From Mytilus trossulus (taxonomy: Eukaryota), in the NCBI RefSeq assembly GCF_036588685.1, contig NC_086374.1:1426001-1490000 (forward strand): a stretch of DNA of 64,000 nucleotides, written 5' to 3'. The position numbers and the translations under genes are program-made. The notes under the pieces are model-generated. The model ran no database searches. It was not told the DNA's origin and saw nothing but the letters and a program-made list of their open reading frames with translations. This document shows positions 62,236 to 64,000 of this stretch, piece after piece (the first letter of the stretch is position 1; each line of letters begins with the position of its first letter).

Positions 62236-63655
62236 TTAAGAACTGTTTAAATTGTCTTACCTTAACTAATGTCTCATTTGCGTATAATAAAACGGGTGAT
62301 CCGATGGGGAGGAATTTATAGAGAAAAGAAGAATATTTCCGGAATTTATGCCCGTAACTAACTCACTTATTAGAAATAATTTAAGTGCATGCCTAAATGA
62401 TAATAATGAATAGATAATTTTAAAACAAAGAATAATTTATGTTAAAAAAAATATATATAAATATATTGATATTTTAATTCTTCTCTATATACTAGAATAT
62501 TTATTGAATATTTGTCATTTTAAATATAACACAAATTAGTATTTACTTATTAAAGTTTTGCCTTGTTATGATATGGTCTGGTATCCTGTTTTGCAATAAA
62601 GGGAGCTCATTCTTATTTATAGTTTGTGAAAGGACCCAGACAATACAAGCAGAAAAATGGCATCACAGTCTCAGGTGATAATCTATAATTATATTCAACT
62701 GTTGTAACACATCTGACTAATCACAATGCTTATAAATAGTTTGAATAGATGTTATTTTTACTTGGTCTTAGCATTGCAAGATTGTATTAGTTTGACGTAG
62801 TTTAGATCCTGTGATTTTTTCCCCAGAGATTGAGAGAAATAAAAAAAAACTTATTTGTGTTTTTTTTTTAAAGATATCTTAGAATCCAGGATTTGACGAC
62901 ACAGATCCTTGTGAGAGCTAAATTTATTCGAAAATAAATATGTTTTGTGTGATCCATGGTTAATTTTAGAGGGACCCTGACAATGGAACTTATTTGAAGA
63001 AATACTGTCGGAGTTTTAGAAAAATTGCTAATTTTAGTCAGTTCAAAAATATTTTAAAGTCATGGAATGGAAATGACTGTAAGTGCACAGTTTGTGCAGA
63101 CTTTTAGTTAATATATTATGCAAATCTATTTACCATCTAGATCATATCCCATTTTTTCAATTTTTATGCTATGCATTTTTTACCAGCTTTTATGCCTAGT
63201 TTACACTTATATGCTTTTAGCCTTAACATCTAGCTTATGCTTATATTCTGCTTTTAGTGCTTCATTTTTGTGCTGTGATATTTATTGCATGTGTACTATA
63301 TTATGTATTGTGTTGTTATAAATGTTGTACTGTTATATAATGTCTCATATGTCGGTTAAAAGCTCATTAGAGCTTATGTTTGTCTATGTTTTATATACCA
63401 TGCCGACTCTAAATAAAGCTTATTTATTTATTTATTTATTATATTAGTATGGTTAGAAAACAAACTTTTACTCAAACAGTGTAAACACCCTCCCTCTCTT
63501 TTATCCTGGTATACGGAATCCCCTTTTAAAAAACTTAATTCACCTCTGTTTTGTATTCAATATATACAAACATGTAGCTGCGGAACTGTAGCTCTTAGAT
63601 CCTTGTGTTATTTATTTACCATCACCCGCTAATTAACAAATAAAATAAAAAGGAC

Positions 63656-63870
63656 TATAAGAAGGGGGAGGTAAGAGGGGTCCTGATCCCAAAATTCCTG
63701 GCTTAAAAACACGAAATCCGGAGGTCCTTAATTTAAATAAATTTAATTCCAGACATCCTGAAATTTGAATAAAAAATTCCCTTTATCCCGAAGGAGTCAA
63801 CCCTGAAATCCAGAGCATAAAAACAACTGATCCATGAGTCTCGATTAAAGGTCCTAACCCCCCTTATAAG
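63656..63870. mobile_element. Possible MITE
   Basis: TATAAGAAGGGGG ... CCCCCCTTATA termini with internal ATCC(C/T)GAA-type repeats. Confidence 0.45.
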
Positions 63871-64000
63871 ATTTACAGTTCTGCAGCTAATATATACATA
63901 CATTAGACAATATTAAATGTAATGATAAAATCACTTGACTTAATTATTTCAAGTTCAATTCAGATAAATTTGTTATCTTTTGAATATAATGAACATTTTC

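Overview
Eukaryotic, AT-rich, repeat-dense animal DNA; the interspersed repeats suggest a Mytilus-like bivalve (inference). From left to right: (1) the 5' part of an apparently intact L1/Tx1-clade LINE on the minus strand, whose ORF1 ends in a domain resembling IMPACT/YigZ (UPF0029); (2) the last five exons of a type I membrane protein gene (+), with one in-frame stop. Its 17.6-kb intron holds a ~5.2-kb 22-bp satellite into which a BEL/Pao and a Gypsy LTR retrotransposon both inserted in the same orientation and register, with the same GGTAG target-site duplication; (3) a decayed Gypsy remnant; (4) three paralogous five-exon genes for an uncharacterised 8-Cys extracellular protein, one type II membrane-anchored (-) and two secreted (+), with a fold-back IS3EU-like element between the divergent pair; (5) an 18 x 66-bp array of back-to-back GT...AG mini-introns in one paralog; (6) many Penelope-like fragments with hammerhead ribozymes, MITEs, HINE-like and SINE-like repeats, minisatellites and a 144-N gap. 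All calls were made by eye; no database searches were run.
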